Source: Vicugna vicugna
Lineage: Eukaryota
DNA length: 64,000 bases
Direction of reading: 5' to 3'
Assembly: GCA_013265495.1 (NCBI GenBank)
Contig: MU058844.1
Span: 1,122,941 to 1,186,940 of the forward strand
The notes under the pieces are model-generated. The model searched no databases. It was given only the letters and a program-made list of their open reading frames with translations, and was not told the DNA's origin. The position numbers and the translations under genes were made by a program. Below, piece by piece: positions 62,635 to 64,000 of the stretch. Within the stretch, counting starts at the first letter, position 1. Each line of letters starts with the position of its first letter.

Positions 62635-63120
62635 TAGTTTAGGCCACAGTCCCCTGTGTTTTCAAGTGTGAGTCAGACATCAGTCTCTATGTCCTCTAAA
62701 GTCCAGAAGACATGTAGTAAGCTTTCTGAGTGGCTCCACTAACATGCCTCTTTTTTTGGTTTGTGTTAAAGAAGCAACACTTCTACCTGGGGTGGAGGGT
62801 GAGGATGGGGACACTTACTAAACTGATAACATCTTCCAAAGAAGCCTCAGTGCCAGCTTCTTTAAAGTCACTTTTGACAGGTTGGAGGTTGCCAGTGTGA
62901 TTGCATGGGTAGAACCATTTCTCTCATTGGGTCCCTTAAGCTACCATCTAGTGTTAGAATGTGGGTTTCCTTGGCACCGACTATACTGGACCTCTTCTGA
63001 GACATTTAGAGAAGAAGAAATGCCCCATTAACTTCCCATTGCACATGACTTAATATACTCAATCCACACTAATATCTTTATGATAAATATAGCAAGAGAA
63101 ACCAAAACTGAAATAAGAAC
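62635..63120 (-). repeat. Inverted repeat, right arm (486 bp)
   Basis: Reverse complement of 58206-58690. Confidence 0.97.
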
Positions 63121-63657
63121 TAGCCAGAGATATAACCACTGAGACTTAATCATGCTTTTTTTTTAAAAATAACGCATAAGGCCTACAAAATAAGGAAGAA
63201 AAAAATGGAAAGTCTTAGTTTTATGCATCAATTATTAGCTTCACATGATGAGTTTTACAGCCATTAGAATGTGGACAGAGATTGAATTCACTTGCTAAAG
63301 GCTCACTTTGCTCTAACCTCTAGTTCATGACCATCAGACAACAAATTAATTTCCCCTATAAATACTTATCTATGATTAGGCTTGCTCTTGTCCTTTGGTT
63401 TTTGTCGTATTTGACCTTTACAATAGCCTCGTTTGCCCAGAGATCTCCTGTTGTCAGCACTGTTTCCTAATGAGCTCAGAGACATTAAGGCCACCAGCAA
63501 TGATGCTAGAGTTAAGAGCCCCAGTTAAAAAAAGAAAAAGCAGTTCATATTGAATGTTAATTCCCTGACCCATGTCCACGGATCAGCTGTGCATTTTATC
63601 GAGTTAAAACTCATACAACTTTCTGAAGTTCTTCCACTTTTTTATAACACCCTAACA

Positions 63658-63831
63658 CAGTGCCCTCTTAATCGGGATTGCGTGTTAGAATCACTTGGGG
63701 AGTATTTAAAAATTCCAATGCTCAGACCGCAGCCCAGCCTAATTCAATAAGAATCTTGGTGTTTGGACTCAGGTATCAGTGTTTTTAAAACTTCCTGGTA
63801 TTCCAGTTTGCAGCCATGTTTTAGTGCTACT
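63658..63831. mobile_element. MER5A-like hAT-Charlie MITE
   Basis: CAGTG..TTAGAATCACTTGGGGAG..ATCAGTGTTTTTAAAACTTCC..TGCAGCCA..CTACTG. Confidence 0.75.
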
Positions 63832-64000
63832 GCTAATACCATTTGCCTGATATGTAGCTTTTATCCATTCTTAGCAGAACACATAACCAAAGTCCTTATG
63901 AAACTCCATCCTATCTAGGTAGAAGAGATGGACAGTGCATTGCCTAAGATCTGGTATGTTCAGTTTTCCTGCCCAGTGCCTCATTAAATGTTGTTTAGGC

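Noticed and set aside
58206..63120. DNA transposon or foldback element with long terminal inverted repeats
   Set aside because: No TSD (flanks TTCCT / TAGCC) and no transposase. The interior is ordinary old L1, MIR and unique DNA.

Overview
Mammalian, AT-rich, CpG-depleted, repeat-rich non-coding DNA (intergenic or deep intronic). It is most likely from a camelid, because it carries a tRNA-derived SINE of the camelid Vic-1 type at 53430-53528 and cetartiodactyl-type L1 and MER41-like LTR copies. I recognise no host protein-coding exon. The ORF track is explained by L1/CR1 remnants, antisense or out-of-frame readings, and chance ORFs. Well-supported features are L1, L2, CR1/L3 and MIR fragments; MaLR, ERVL, ERV1 and betaretrovirus-like LTRs, several with readable target-site duplications (TSDs); hAT MITEs; an HNRNPA2B1 processed-pseudogene fragment; a tailless 7SK pseudogene; and a 112-N assembly gap. 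The most unusual structures are a ~99%-identical 485-bp inverted repeat (58206-58690 / 62635-63120) bracketing 3.9 kb, a perfect 456-bp tandem duplication (2805-3716), a young betaretrovirus-like LTR running into the gap, and a MER41-like LTR that keeps a GAS motif. Repeat subfamily names come from my recollection of consensus sequences and need RepeatMasker/Dfam confirmation. I see no convincing evidence of a new multi-gene biological system.
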